Source of the DNA: Octopus sinensis
Lineage: Eukaryota
Assembly (NCBI RefSeq): GCF_006345805.1
Contig: NC_042998.1
Span: 181,102,001 to 181,166,000, forward strand
Reading direction: 5' to 3'
Length of the DNA: 64,000 nucleotides
A program made the translations under genes and the position numbers. The first letter of the stretch is position 1, and every line of letters begins with the position of its first letter. Shown one piece after another: positions 1 to 12,434 of the stretch. Under the pieces are notes generated by a model. It made no database searches. It was not told the DNA's origin and saw nothing but the letters and a program-made list of their open reading frames with translations.

Positions 1-318
1 CTTAGTGGTTAGGGCATTCGGCTCATGATCGTAAGGTTGTGAGTTCGATTCCCGGCGACGCGTTGTGTCCTTGAGCAAGACACTTTATTTCACGTTGCTC
101 CAGTCCACTCAGCTGGCAAAAATGAGTTGTACTTGTATTTCAAAGGGTCAGCCTTGTCACTCTCTGTGTCACGCTGATTATCCCCGAGAACTACGTTAAG
201 GGTACACGTGTCTGTGGAATGCTCAGCCATTTGCACGTTAATTTCACGAGCAAGCTGTTCCGTTGATCGTATCAGCTGGGACCCTCGTCGTCGTAACCGG
301 CGGAGTGAAGAGAAGAAG
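1..318 (+). mobile_element. tRNA-derived SINE (family C), cut by the window edge
   Basis: A-box/B-box-like head (tagtggttaggg ... gagttcgattccc), then gtgtccttgagcaagacactt central motif, unique tail, and gaagagaagaag end. A decayed relative is at about 3945-4270. Confidence 0.8.
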
Positions 319-339
319 TTATATGCGTAAATCATGTGC

Positions 340-400
340 ACATAAAAGTTTTAGAAAGGTTTACATATTTTGTCAGTTCCGCTGTGGTCTTGTATCTCTA
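340..400 (-). mobile_element. Older, more diverged copy of the R4/Dong-like ORF end
   Basis: Minus strand translates LEIQDHSGTDKICKPF*, homologous to LQIQSITGTVKICKTF at 687-752. Confidence 0.5.
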
Positions 401-430
401 GTCTTTGTGTATGTATGTAAGTGTGTATGT

Positions 431-752
431 CATTGTTCAGTTTATTTCAAGATTTCGTGCCAATAGAGAAAGAACCGGTTTCTAACCTAGATCCAAGGCT
501 CCTTCATTGGAATTTAAACATCATCAACAGGGTATTTTTGATTGCATGTATGTATGTATGTATGTATGTATGTATGTATGTATGTATGTATGTATGTATG
601 TATGTATGTATGTAGGTGCAGATTTGTATGTTTTATGTATGTATTCTCATGCATATAGTTACATATGTAGACATGCTCATATATATTTAAATGATGAACT
701 TCTGGAAAGTTTTACAGATTTTAACAGTTCCAGTGATGGATTGGATCTGTAG
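431..752 (-). mobile_element. 5'-truncated 3' end of a putative RLE-type (R4/Dong-like) non-LTR retrotransposon
   Basis: 752->687 encodes LQIQSITGTVKICKTFQKFII*, which fits the LQxxxIxGTxxIxK C-terminal motif of R4/Dong ORFs. The 3'UTR has an internal (TACA)n. Homologous segments occur at 1275-1372, 33822-33925 and 38634-38760. Confidence 0.6.
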
Positions 753-760
753 TATGTATT

Positions 761-792
<32 letters not shown>

Positions 793-870
793 ATATGACA
801 TTAAACTATATATGCGGTGATGAGGCTCCAGGTCGGGATTTCAGGAGTTGTGGAAAAGTTGGTGTCTCAC

Positions 871-1060
871 CTTAATTATGACGGGGTACTGAAAAGTGTC
901 TGACTTTAAGGTTGTCGCGAAAGGTCTGGCTGGAGGACCAGCCTTCCGAGTTATTTTACAGGGCTCAGAAAAACTGAAGGACCGCGGAACAAAGTCAGAT
1001 TTCCCAGGGTTAGAGTAGGATCCCGTTATTTTTGATAAAGCCGCTGGAAACGCTGCTCTT
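871..1060 (-). other. Candidate 190-bp exon or unrecognised TE coding relic
   Basis: GC-richer unique segment with acceptor tctttttcccag and donor aag|gtgaga. It is open as RAAFPAALSKITGSYSNPGKSDFVPRSFSFSEPCKITRKAGPPARPFATTLKSDTFQYPVIIK. No family recognised. Confidence 0.25.
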
Positions 1061-1274
1061 CTGGGAAAAAGATAATCTGACATGAAACGTTCAGTCAAAA
1101 TAGTGACCATCAATACTTGTCACTAGAATCTATTATGGCAACTGGGAGAGTGAAAAAAGTGTTGTGAAAGCTTTTCTCACTTAAATCCATTGACGTACAG
1201 ACATTTCACGCAAGCCGAGCCACTCATCATCATATAAATTCAACTTACATGCGTGTGTGTGTGTATGTTCTTAT

Positions 1275-1372
1275 TAAGTTTCATTTCTAAATTTCTTGCC
1301 AATAGAGAAGGGGCTGCTTTCAACCCTAGATCCAAATTTCCTTCACTTGAATTTCGTCAACATCAACATAGA
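1275..1372 (-). mobile_element. Diverged 3'UTR fragment of the R4/Dong-like element
   Basis: Matches 440-540 (ttcttgccaatagagaa...ctagatccaa...cttcacttgaattt...aacatcaaca). Confidence 0.6.
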
Positions 1373-1797
1373 TACACGTGCGTGTATGTGTGTACATTTG
1401 CAAGTAATTGGAGCAACATAAAGAAAAGATGAGGGAAATCTATTGCGATCATGTGAAGCCTTTCTTGCTCTGTAAAGTCTTAAGAGAAGAGACTAACTGC
1501 TAGTCATTTGATATCAATGACTCGTTGCGGAATGCGACCTTGGGCGTTGAGAATAGTATCGACGGAAGCCAACTGGTTCTGGCATCTAGGTGGTTGCATT
1601 TATATCGTCATTGAAGGACCTTTTGTTAAGTAACTTATTCTTTTTATCAACCTGTTTGAATATGTGTGCCGTTTTTTTTTTTCTGAGTTGCGTTGCTTAT
1701 ATTCAGTTAGGAGATTTTTTTTCTCCCTTTCGCTTCAATATACCGTCTCTCACTCCATTTTCATATTTTTTTCCTCTTTCTTCCATCCTGCCACTAT

Positions 1798-1865
<68 letters not shown>

Positions 1866-1997
1866 GCTCAGCATATTTGTGAGTGTGTATGTGTGTGTGT
1901 GTTAATGGTAACAGATGGAAGAAAATACATTCAGTACCGAAACTATAAACAATGCAATTGGATTTGCTTGACCGAATTAAAGTACAGACAGACAGGC

Positions 1998-2028
<31 letters not shown>

Positions 2029-2943
2029 TAGATAGACAGACAGAAAGAAGGAAGGAGGGAGGGATGGATGGATAGAAATGCATACATACATCTGAATTGC
2101 CTGTGCTTATGCGTGTGTGTAATATTTCACCTTATATAACACCAATTAAACCCTTAGGTATATATATATATATTTATACACACACACGCATATATATATA
2201 TAATTATATATGTGAAAAAATAGATGCATATATGTGAGTGTGTGTGTGTACGTGTGTGTGTGAGAGTGTGTGTGTGTGTGTGTGCGCGTGCATATGACCG
2301 CCACCGCACTACCTCCATTAAGGCAGAGTGTACTGGGAGATACGTATGTTTGATGCAATTATCTTTCTGATTCTGATGATTATAGAAAATAGAGACATTG
2401 CAAGGACAGGGTGATAATGGCATACAGATGTTTCTAGAGTGAAATGACGTATGAGGGTGAATAAAAATTCCGGTGATGAAAGAAGGCAAAATAAGGGCCA
2501 ACAACGAGCAATAATACTTGACGTAAGAAAATGATGAAAGAGCGGCAGTTTGAAAACGGCAAAATGCTGAGACAAGCAATAGGAAATAGCTAAATTGGTT
2601 GCGGGAGAAAATTTGGGAAAGGAAATAAGATGTAACGTAGGAGAGTGAAAACCGAGGAGGTAAGTATTGGGTAAAAAAAAAAAGAAAGGAAAAGACTTTG
2701 GCAATGCAAGAGAGAGAAACACGGAGACAGACAGAGGGATGGGAAGAAAAATAGAGATTTAGAGAGAGATAGGTAAGGTTTATCTGGAAAAGAAAGGCGA
2801 GGGGAGACAGATTTAGTTGTTTGTATACGATGGCCTTGAAGACTATGCAGGAGTATATGTAATTACAATTAAAGAAACAATGAGAGGCTAGGAAAGAGAG
2901 ATTGAAAAAAAATAATAATTTATTATAGATATTTTAGTATACG

Positions 2944-2944
<1 letters not shown>

Positions 2945-2985
<41 letters not shown>

Positions 2986-3201
2986 ATATATAGATATATA
3001 TATAATATGTATGTATGTATGTATATATATGTATATATATGTATGTATGTATATATATGTATATATATGTATTTATATATATATACATATCGTATATATA
3101 TATACATATGTATATATATTATGTATATATATAATATGTATGTAGATGTATATATATATATATATATAGAATATATTATATTATATATATATATATATAT
3201 A

Positions 3202-3252
<51 letters not shown>

Positions 3253-3297
3253 ATGTATATATATGATATATATATAATATCTATATATATATATTAT

Positions 3298-3357
<60 letters not shown>

Positions 3358-3365
3358 CATACATA
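2945..3365. repeat. Compound (TA)n/(TATG)n microsatellite
   Basis: Seen directly. Similar tracts at 13240-13460, 30500-31020, 45100-45560, 54940-55170 and 56085-56230. Confidence 0.97.
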
Positions 3366-3944
3366 CTTAGGAAACAATATTTAGGAAAGAAATACAAGGA
3401 TAATTTTTTTCTCCATTTTTCTTTCTCAATTGTTATGGTGATACAAAACAACTTCGTGTCGTTTCTAAAACATATGTTTCAAAAACAGTAAATGCTTTAA
3501 GATATCTTTCGGAACCATGTGACAAATATTTATTTTTTTTTTTTTGCTGAAAGAATAAGGAAAAAGACAACAAATGAAAATATTAGTCTTTGTAAATGAA
3601 TTTTATTTAGCTAAATCTAACTCTTTTATACTTCTTCAGGCAAGAGTATATTGTTCTGAAAGTGTATATTCAACAGCTGTACTGCAGTTTCTATTACCCA
3701 CTAGTATTATATTTCGACAGAATCCTTTGGTGCACAACGGAGGATTATGGAATATTTTATTAAGCGTAGTGGGGAGTGTGTGCATGAGTTTTAATTGTTC
3801 GAATCTACATCGCTGGAGATACAGTAAGTTTAATTGACTTCATTCACTTGCTTATTTTTTTCTATCCTGTTGGAATAAAAAGTAAATTTTATCAAAGTAG
3901 AAACTAAATATCGGCACAGGGTCACACATTTTGGAGGGTAGTAT

Positions 3945-4270
3945 AGAAGCAGTGATGGACGATTAGGAAAGGAGTTTGCTTTGCAATCGTGAGATGCTGG
4001 GTTCGATTCACTGTGTAGAATCTTGAACAAGTGTCCTTTGTGCCTTGAGAGTGAAATTGGATCGACAGAAATTGTTCAGAAACCCGTTGAATGGAGCGTA
4101 GACTTAATTCAAAAGCACAACCATGTCACATGCAGTTATTTTGATTTTTCCTGAAAGTAGCGTTAATGGTACACATGTCTGTGTGACAGTCAACGAGTTC
4201 TACACTAATTCAAGGAATAGACATTCCGTTAATTGAACGACCAGAACACTTGTCGTCTAAACCGACGGAA
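3945..4270 (+). mobile_element. Decayed SINE family C copy
   Basis: B-box gggttcgattc, then gttaatggtacacatgtctgtg and tgtcgtctaaaccgacgga, aligning with 198-305. Confidence 0.6.
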
Positions 4271-4344
4271 ATCTGCACATCACTAGTACACTGTTTTACT
4301 GTCGACGAAAGGATAGAAAGTAATGTTAACCAAAACGAATATTG

Positions 4345-5870
4345 GTTTCAAAATTTGATACAAGACCAGCAATCTTTTTGTGGAGAAGGATAGCCGATTA
4401 CTAACCTGGTACTTATTTTATCGGCGCCGAAAGGAGGAATGGCAGTTAACAATGGCGGAATAGGAACTCAGAACGTGTACGGACGAAGCTAAATCATATG
4501 AAAAGTTTCGTCTCCCACTTCTCCCTCTTCTCATAATATACTAATTTCTAATATAGGTACTACTTCATAAAAATAAGCGGAGGATTTTATATGGTAAACA
4601 TGTCGGCGCTAGTATATGAATGGTGCTTATTTTAGCGAGTCTATACAACTGAGTAGCTCGGTGAACTCGACCTCCCTCGGTAAGATTTGCATTTAGAACG
4701 TGAAAGAGACGTACCTGAAATACAGCTAAGTATTCTTTTCTGCCACTTGCCAAGTCACAAGCTTTTAACAATGTATTAATGTTGATAATTATGACGACCG
4801 TAAAACAGCGAACCGGTCAGATCGCTAGCTCTCCGAACAAAACGTTTAGCACATTTCTTCCGACTATCCTCTATAAGGTCGGATTGATTTTGCCCTTTAT
4901 TCCTCCTTTGCGGTCGATAAAATGTGTACTATTTGAGCAGTGGGATTAATATAATTGACTACCTCCTTCCCTCAAAATATCTGGCCTTGTGGCCGAAATT
5001 TGAAACCATGACTACGAATGGTGTAAGAAGGATATTTAAACAACTTCATAATCTTAAATACTGCACATCGGAAAACAAATTATCAGCGGTGTTGACGATA
5101 AGTTTCGATTTCCCAGTGAATCTATATAAAGTAAATATTGACTGTATTGGCAAATTCCAATATTTCAGTTTATTTTATAGACCTCGGAACAATGAAAAGT
5201 GAAATCGACCCGAGCCAATTTTAGACACAGGACGTAAAGAAAAGAAGAAAATACTGCAAGGAAGTTTTATCGGTACTCAACAAATTCTGTAAATTATTAT
5301 TTTGATTTATTATACAGGTATATGGCTTCAAGTTTAAAGTGAGTCTATAGCCGATAAATCGATCGAGTATTTCACTGACACCTTATTCTTCGATACGTGA
5401 AGAATAAAAAAGTAAAGTTGACATTTGTGGAACTTGAAATGAGTGGTTCAATCTACCAACCACGCAAATACTCCGCCCGCCCTAAGTAAAAAGTATTATA
5501 ATAATAATTGTTTCAGATTTTTAAATGAGGCCAGCAACTTAAAGAGGGTTTAATCAATAATGTCACCTCCAGTACATGACTGGTTCTTTATTTTATCGAT
5601 TCCGGAAGGTTAAAAAGCAATGTTGACCACGGCGAAATTTGAACTCGAGACAGAAGGAATGCTACTAAGTATTTTGTCTGACACGCCAACGACACTGTCA
5701 GTTTGCAGCCTTAAATGGTTTCAAATTTTGGCACAATGGAGTTAGTCAAATACATTATTTCGAGTGCTCAACTAATACTTATCTTCTTGATTCCAAAAGG
5801 ATGACAGGTCAAGATGAACTCTGCGAGATTTGAACTCAGAATGAAAAGAGTTGGACGAATAGCACTGAGA
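4345..5870. mobile_element. Cluster of old decayed CORE-like SINE (family B) fragments, mostly minus strand
   Basis: Repeated degenerate matches to tacttattttatcgaccccgaaaggatgaaaggcaaagtcgacc...gaactcagaacg and to the old tail ggccttgtg.c.aaatttgaaacca. Confidence 0.65.
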
Positions 5871-5894
5871 TAATATTATTATCTTATTCCTTTT

Positions 5895-6263
5895 CTTTCT
5901 ATTCTTTTATTTGTTTCAGACATTTCACTGCAGCCATCATGAAGTACCGCCTTAAAGTGGTTTTATATGAAAAAACCGACCCCAGTCATACTCTTTGTAA
6001 ACCTAGTACTAATTCAATCGGTCTCTTTTCTTGAACCGTTAATTTACTGGGACGTAAGCACACCAATATCGGTTGTCAACCGATGGTGGCGGGTACAAAT
6101 ACAGACACAAAGACACACACAAATATGTACATATATATATATACAACAGTCTTCTTTTCAGTTTCCATCTATAGTAGAAGACGCTTGCCCAAGGTGCCAT
6201 GCAGTGGGACTGAACCCGGAACTATGTGGTTGAGAAACAAGCTTTTAACCACTCAGCCACGCC
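5895..6263 (-). mobile_element. SINE family A copy (diverged)
   Basis: Contains gcagtgggactgaacccggaac, cacaccaatatcggttgtcaac and the tail motif; homologous to 16424-16860. Confidence 0.85.
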
Positions 6264-6329
6264 AAATATTAAAAAAAAATAGTTTCCCAATTAATGTAAT
6301 CATTAGAAAAGAAGTACATATGAATACGA

Positions 6330-6364
6330 CTACATGCACAAATACATACATACATATATACATG

Positions 6365-6395
<31 letters not shown>

Positions 6396-6446
6396 GCATG
6401 CATGCATACATACATACATACATATATGCATGCATGCATACATACA

Positions 6447-6479
<33 letters not shown>

Positions 6480-6800
6480 GGAAGCATGCATATATGCATG
6501 CATGAATACATACATACATGCATGCATGCATGCATACATACCTGCATACATACATACATACATATATATATGCATACATGCATACATACATACATGCATA
6601 CATACATGCATACATACATACAAACATACATGCATTCATACATAATACATACATACATACATGCAACATACATGCATACATGCGTGCATACATGCATACA
6701 TAATAAATACATGCATACATGCATACATGCATGCATGCATACATGCATACATACATGCATACATACATACGTACATACATACATATTATACATACTAAAC

Positions 6801-6833
<33 letters not shown>

Positions 6834-7200
6834 GGAAGCATGCATATATGCATGCATGAATACATACATACAAACATGCATGCATGCATGCATACATACC
6901 TGCATACATACATACATACATATATATATGCATACATGCATACATACATACATGCATACATACATGCATACATACATACAAACATACATGCATTCATACA
7001 TACATACATACATACATACATGCATACATACATGCATACATGCGTGCATACATGCATACATACATAAATACATGCATACATGCATACATGCATGCATGCA
7101 TACATGCATACATACATGCATACATACATACGTACATACATACATATACATACATACATACATACATACATACATACATACATACATACACACACACACA
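6330..7200. repeat. Compound (ATAC)/(ATGC) microsatellite with an approximately 355-bp higher-order duplication
   Basis: Unique anchors recur: ggaagc at 6480 and 6834, tgcgtgc at 6681 and 7041. Confidence 0.9.
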
Positions 7201-8597
7201 TACAGATCCCAAACAACGGTATACCTTCTTCTTTATGTATATGTGCGTGTGTGTGTTTAGAGGCAAAATTGGTCAGTAACGTATTGGGCACCTCGTTCAC
7301 GAGTTGTTGAGTCCGTTTTCGTAAGACAGATTGATAAGTACTTCTAGTTCAATTACCTATTACATAACAGTTCTATGCCTGAATTGTCTCAACTACGGAG
7401 AACATGTGATAGTTTTCCTTGTACCAATTCGTCTTGCAATAGGTTTGGTGCCATCACCACAAAAGGGGTTTCCTTTAGCTCTCACCGACTTAATTCAAAG
7501 AGTAATGAACAAATCAATACACGTTTTGTTTTTATAAACATGTAGTGTGAGGGCATAGGGACACAGTTACCAATTCCATCGCGCGCACGCGCACAATGCA
7601 TGTGTGTCTACGCGCGTATACGCGTTCGCGCGAGCGTGAAAAGACTGATATTCGTCTTACTCACTAGAAGCACCGCTTGCGTCACAGTGACTGTTCGGTG
7701 CAGTAAGAATTCGTTCAATTATTATTGTATGTACGCCCTACAATGTAATATAAGTCGTGGAAATGAGAAGCCTTGATGTAACTCTATTATGATTAATTTT
7801 CATGCAGTCAAAAAGACCTGGGTAAAGATATAAAAGCGAAGTGGAGGGAAGGGAATCAGATGATAATGGAGAATGAAAGAGTGAAGAACCAGGGCGGGCA
7901 GAGACAAAGAGAGGAGCTGGGACAGAAAGAAAGATATGTAAACAAATTATGTGAAGGAGAGAGGAAGAGGAGGATATAGCAGCGAGGGGAATTGTGGCGA
8001 TTCGGAAGGCAAACAAAATAGTAGAAAACTAGAAATATACATAGAGCATCAGGTTGATGCGGTGCTTGGTTATTAGAGCCTTTGAATAAAAGAGAAACGA
8101 AGCAAAGAGAGGGTGGGGAGTGAAAAAGGGAGATAACCAAACAGCACTGCAGAATATATCTGTAAAAGATAACGAAGATTAAGAAATATAAACATAGAGA
8201 AAAGAAGGGAACGAAAGGAGATATAAGGACGGCATGAGATGGAGGAGGGTAAACAGATATGGGAGAAATGAATGGACGGAGGGGATGTGAAGTATAGAGG
8301 AGGAATAAGGCAGTGATTATGTAGGTGTGCGAGATATAGAAGGGAAGAATGGATATATACGTATAAATAGAATTCGAGGACTGTGAAAGGACAGAAGAAG
8401 CTGGGAAAAACCACCAAGAAAACTGTGGAAACCAGGGAATAAATGAGACAGAAATTCCAGAATAAGCATCCGTTAATACATTCGTAAACGCATGCACACA
8501 TACATACATACATGCATAAATACATACATACATACATGCATACATACATACATACATACATACATGCATACATACATACATACATACATACATACAT

Positions 8598-8724
8598 ACA
8601 TGTGTTGGCCTGCTCGCTTAGCCCGCGGGGTGGCGTCATTCGAAGGCTAAAACAATGCGAACGCATTGTGACCAGCGATGTGTAACTACATCTGATGGAC
8701 TGGTCGCTCACGTGATCACGTGAT
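8598..8724 (+). mobile_element. 5'-truncated retroposon 3' end with stem-loop and (CACGTGAT)2 tail
   Basis: gaccag...ctggtc hairpin followed by cacgtgatcacgtgat, embedded in microsatellites. This resembles CR1/L2-type tails. Confidence 0.5.
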
Positions 8725-8818
8725 ATACATATGTAGGTAGGTAGGTAGGTTGGTATGTAGGTAGGTAGGTATGCATGTAGGTAGGTAGGTAGGTAGGTAG
8801 GTATGTAGGTAGGTAGGT

Positions 8819-9250
8819 AGGTGAGCTGGCAGAAACGTTAGCACGCCGGCCGAAATGCTTAGCGGGGTATTTCGTCTGCCGTTATGTTCTGAGTTCAAAT
8901 TCTGCCGAGGTCGACTTTGCCTTTCATCTTTTCGGGGTCAATGAATTAAGTATCAGTTACGCACTGGGGTCGATATAATCGACTCAATCCGTTTGTCTGT
9001 CCTTGTTTGTCTGTCCTTGTTTGTCTTCTCTGTGTTTAGCCCCTTGTGGGTAGTAAAGAAATAGGTATTTCGTCTGTCGTTACGTTCTGAGTTCAAATTC
9101 CGCCGAGGTTGACTTTGCCTTTCATCCTTTCGGGGTCGATTAAATAAGTACCAGTTATGCACTGAGGTCGATATAATCGACTCAATCCGTTTGTCTGTCC
9201 TTGTTTGTCCTCTCTGTGTTTAGTCCCTTGTGGGTAGTAAAGAAATAGGT
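8819..9250 (+). mobile_element. CORE-like SINE family B: one head plus two tandem bodies
   Basis: Head gagctggcagaaacgttagcacgcc; body ggtatttcgtctg...gactttgcctttcatcctttcggggtcga...gtagtaaagaaatagg repeated at 8866 and 9064. Confidence 0.9.
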
Positions 9251-9499
9251 AGGTTGGTAGGTAGGTAGGTAAGTAGGTAGAGGGAAAATCGGCAACCAAA
9301 TAAACAGTTGAATACACAGACGGACAGACGAGTAAACAGATAGAGAGAGAGTAGAGATGGCTAGAGAAGGAGATAAAGGTCATCAGTGTGTAATTCAATA
9401 ACAGCTTTAAAATGAAACTACTAACGATGTTATTGTAGGAGACTTCGTTATGGATATTACGCTTGAATGCATTCGTTAAACGTATATGTGGTAGCACCA

Positions 9500-9515
9500 G
9501 GAGGATGATGATGAC

Positions 9516-9565
<50 letters not shown>

Positions 9566-9596
9566 CGACGACGATGATGATGATGATGATGATAAC

Positions 9597-9647
<51 letters not shown>

Positions 9648-9673
9648 ATGACGATGATGATGATGATAACGAC

Positions 9674-9717
<44 letters not shown>

Positions 9718-9793
9718 CGATGATGATGATGATGGTGATGATGATAACGACGACGACGATGATGATGATGATGATGATAACGACGACTACGAC

Positions 9794-9825
<32 letters not shown>

Positions 9826-9832
9826 CGACGAC

Positions 9833-9867
<35 letters not shown>

Positions 9868-9913
9868 CGACGACGACGATGAAAATACCGCTGCTACTGC
9901 TGCTACTGCTGCT

Positions 9914-9944
<31 letters not shown>

Positions 9945-9990
9945 ACGACGACGACGACGACGAGGACGAGACGACGACGACGAAGAGGAA
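9500..9990. repeat. Mosaic trinucleotide array (GAT/GAC/GCT)n
   Basis: Seen directly. Similar arrays at 31740-31920, 40310-40500 and 60076-60335. Confidence 0.95.
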
Positions 9991-10489
9991 GACGAGGAGG
10001 AGCAGGAACAAAAAAAAAAGTGCTGTTACTATCGATGGATGAAATTTTGGTGTTGGTTGTTGTAGTGCTGGTGATGATATTGATGATGATATCACCAAGA
10101 AAACTATATCAAACGCAAAGAAAAAAAAACTAAAGGAAAATTAATACTAACCGCGAAGAGGTTCCATTTGCTAGATAAGAACTTTTTTTCTTCCTCAGTA
10201 TGAGCATGCGTAGAATTCGGTCGACGCAAGTATCCGCCCACCACTTCTTACTAGCTAGCACGAAATAAATATTTCACCCCTTATCTATAGCGCATCTCTA
10301 CTGTTTATTGTACACTGTGAAGTCCTTCTTTACTCTGAAAGAGCCTGAAAGTATATAGAAGCCACATCTTCCCGACTCCCCTCTCCTGCTTGGCTCAAAA
10401 TCTTCATTTCTACTTCCCCTAAAATTCATCCCACCCCCTGTATTTAACACTTTGAATTTATCGAATTAGTTGTAACTATTACATTAAAG

Positions 10490-10675
10490 GTAAAGTTCCC
10501 CTTCAGTGATGAATGACCATGGAATTGCACCTAGAAAGTTATCTTCCGAGGCATAAGTCCGAGCATGGTGGTTTATGGCTTACCAACAGTCACCCATGCA
10601 TATCAGCCTCCCTTCTCCACCCCAACGATGTTATCCAAGTGAAACGCAAAGCCGATACAACTTGGCACCGCTTTC
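10490..10675 (-). mobile_element. Probable SINE 3' fragment
   Basis: GC-richer block that resembles, from recall only, a common octopus SINE body. No second copy in this window. Confidence 0.35.
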
Positions 10676-10759
10676 AGCAGATAGTGACTAAACAAACTGT
10701 GTAACACATTCCTTAAATGAATCGTATGGCGCGGTCAGTTAACAAATGAACACGCTCAT

Positions 10760-11165
10760 CAGAGATGGGAGTTATAGAAAAGAGTTTTGAGATGAACTCT
10801 GACATCGGGGAAACACAAGCACAAGACCGCCTGCCTCACGAAGCTGCACTGAGTTGCCACCTCTCACGAACAGAACAGGATTGCAGGGGTACAGAAAAAA
10901 AAAAACCGCGAACTCCACAAGTCCAGAGTCAACTCTTTGCCTTCGGTTCCAACAGGCCACAAGTGCCCGAGCCGCAGCAGATACTTCCGAGTAAACAATA
11001 GGACTAATTGCCCACAGCCGGACACACCGTGTCCCGCCTTCTCCCAAGTGATGTCCTTGGTCATCGTCGACAACGACGGACGAACTAACTATAAATAGAA
11101 GAAGAAGAAGAAGAAGAAAAAGAAGAAGAAAAAGAAGACGACGACGACGACGAAGAAGAAGAAGA
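10760..11165 (+). mobile_element. Decayed RTE-clade LINE 3' end with (GAA)n tail
   Basis: KSFEMNSDIGETQAQDR...TEKKK resembles the RTE C-terminal WExxAxDRxxWR region. A short 3'UTR is followed by a (gaa)n tail at 11098-11165. Confidence 0.5.
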
Positions 11166-11814
11166 ATACCTATGGTAACAGCGAATAGTCCCCATTATTA
11201 GATAACCATCCGTTTATCTTATACCTAGCGCACAACCGTATATACACACACATACATACACACACATACATACACACACATACATACACACATACATACA
11301 TACATACATACATACATACACATACATACATACATACATACATACATACATGCATACATACATATGTACATATTAATGTGGAGGTGTGTAGTAAATGGTG
11401 AATAAGTTTAGGACGAAAGACAATGAAGTTAAAAGAAAGAAATTTACACTGTTTCCGCTTCAAAGAATATTTCAAAGATATGTGCGGTGATTATGTCTTG
11501 GTTCTATTAAAGGCCAATAGACTGCCATGAAGAATAGTTTTGAATGCAATGTTTATGGAGACAGTGAAAGTTTGACATCAGCTTTTTAGAATGGCTGTGA
11601 TTGATGCGCAAGTATGAAAGGTTACGGACAAAACAATGGCATTATAATCCGCTTAGCATTATAGCATAAGGTCTATTATTAGGTAAATAATCTATTAGAC
11701 TGAACACAGTGAATAAACTGAACTAAATGTTAATATATATATAATGCAGTGATCATGTGAAAGAAAATTTTAAATAATTATGCGATGAGGAAAAGACAAC
11801 ATTAGTAAAATATT

Positions 11815-12011
11815 CTTTTATTCTTTTAATTGTTATAGTCATTTGACTGCGGCCATGCTGGAGCACCGCCTTTACTCGAACAAATCAGCCCTAGGAATTA
11901 TTCTGTTTTGCCGAACTGCTAAGTTACGGGGACGTAAACACACCAACATCAGTTGTCAAACGGTGATTGGGAGGGACAAACACAGACATACAAACATATA
12001 TGTGTGTGTGT

Positions 12012-12069
<58 letters not shown>

Positions 12070-12232
12070 GAGTGTATACGACGGGATTCTTTCAGTTACC
12101 GTCTACCAAATCCACTCACTTTGATCGGCCCGAGGTTATAGTAGAAGACACATGCCCAAGGTGCTACGCAGTGGGACTGAACCCGGAAACATATGGTCGG
12201 TAAGCAAGATACTTACCACACGGCCACTCCTG
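11815..12232 (-). mobile_element. SINE family A copy
   Basis: Full tail-to-head match including an internal (GT)n. Confidence 0.9.
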
Positions 12233-12403
12233 CAAGTGCATATTTTAGTTCTACTAAACCACCTGAGCTATGCATAGGTTTATTCCTACTAACAATATAT
12301 AATTGATAAGCTCTCTTTTAGTTCTGTAGGCCAAACCATTGTAATACGTTTCCTTAGCTGTATTTTCATTAAAATTACCCATCAATTAATATACGTGTGT
12401 ATA

Positions 12404-12434
<31 letters not shown>

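Noticed and set aside
1-60. tRNA gene-like sequence (also the heads at 16424, 23091, 24590, 47156 and 60336)
   Set aside because: No complete cloverleaf or acceptor stem, and each continues into a SINE body; these are SINE heads, not tRNA genes.
4565-4771. 68-aa ORF with apparent splice signals
   Set aside because: It overlaps a decayed minus-strand SINE B (4640-4760).
7738-8500. Long minus-strand ORFs of 212-245 aa
   Set aside because: They arise from a purine-rich low-complexity tract plus microsatellite; the composition (F/L/S/I) is not protein-like and has no motifs.
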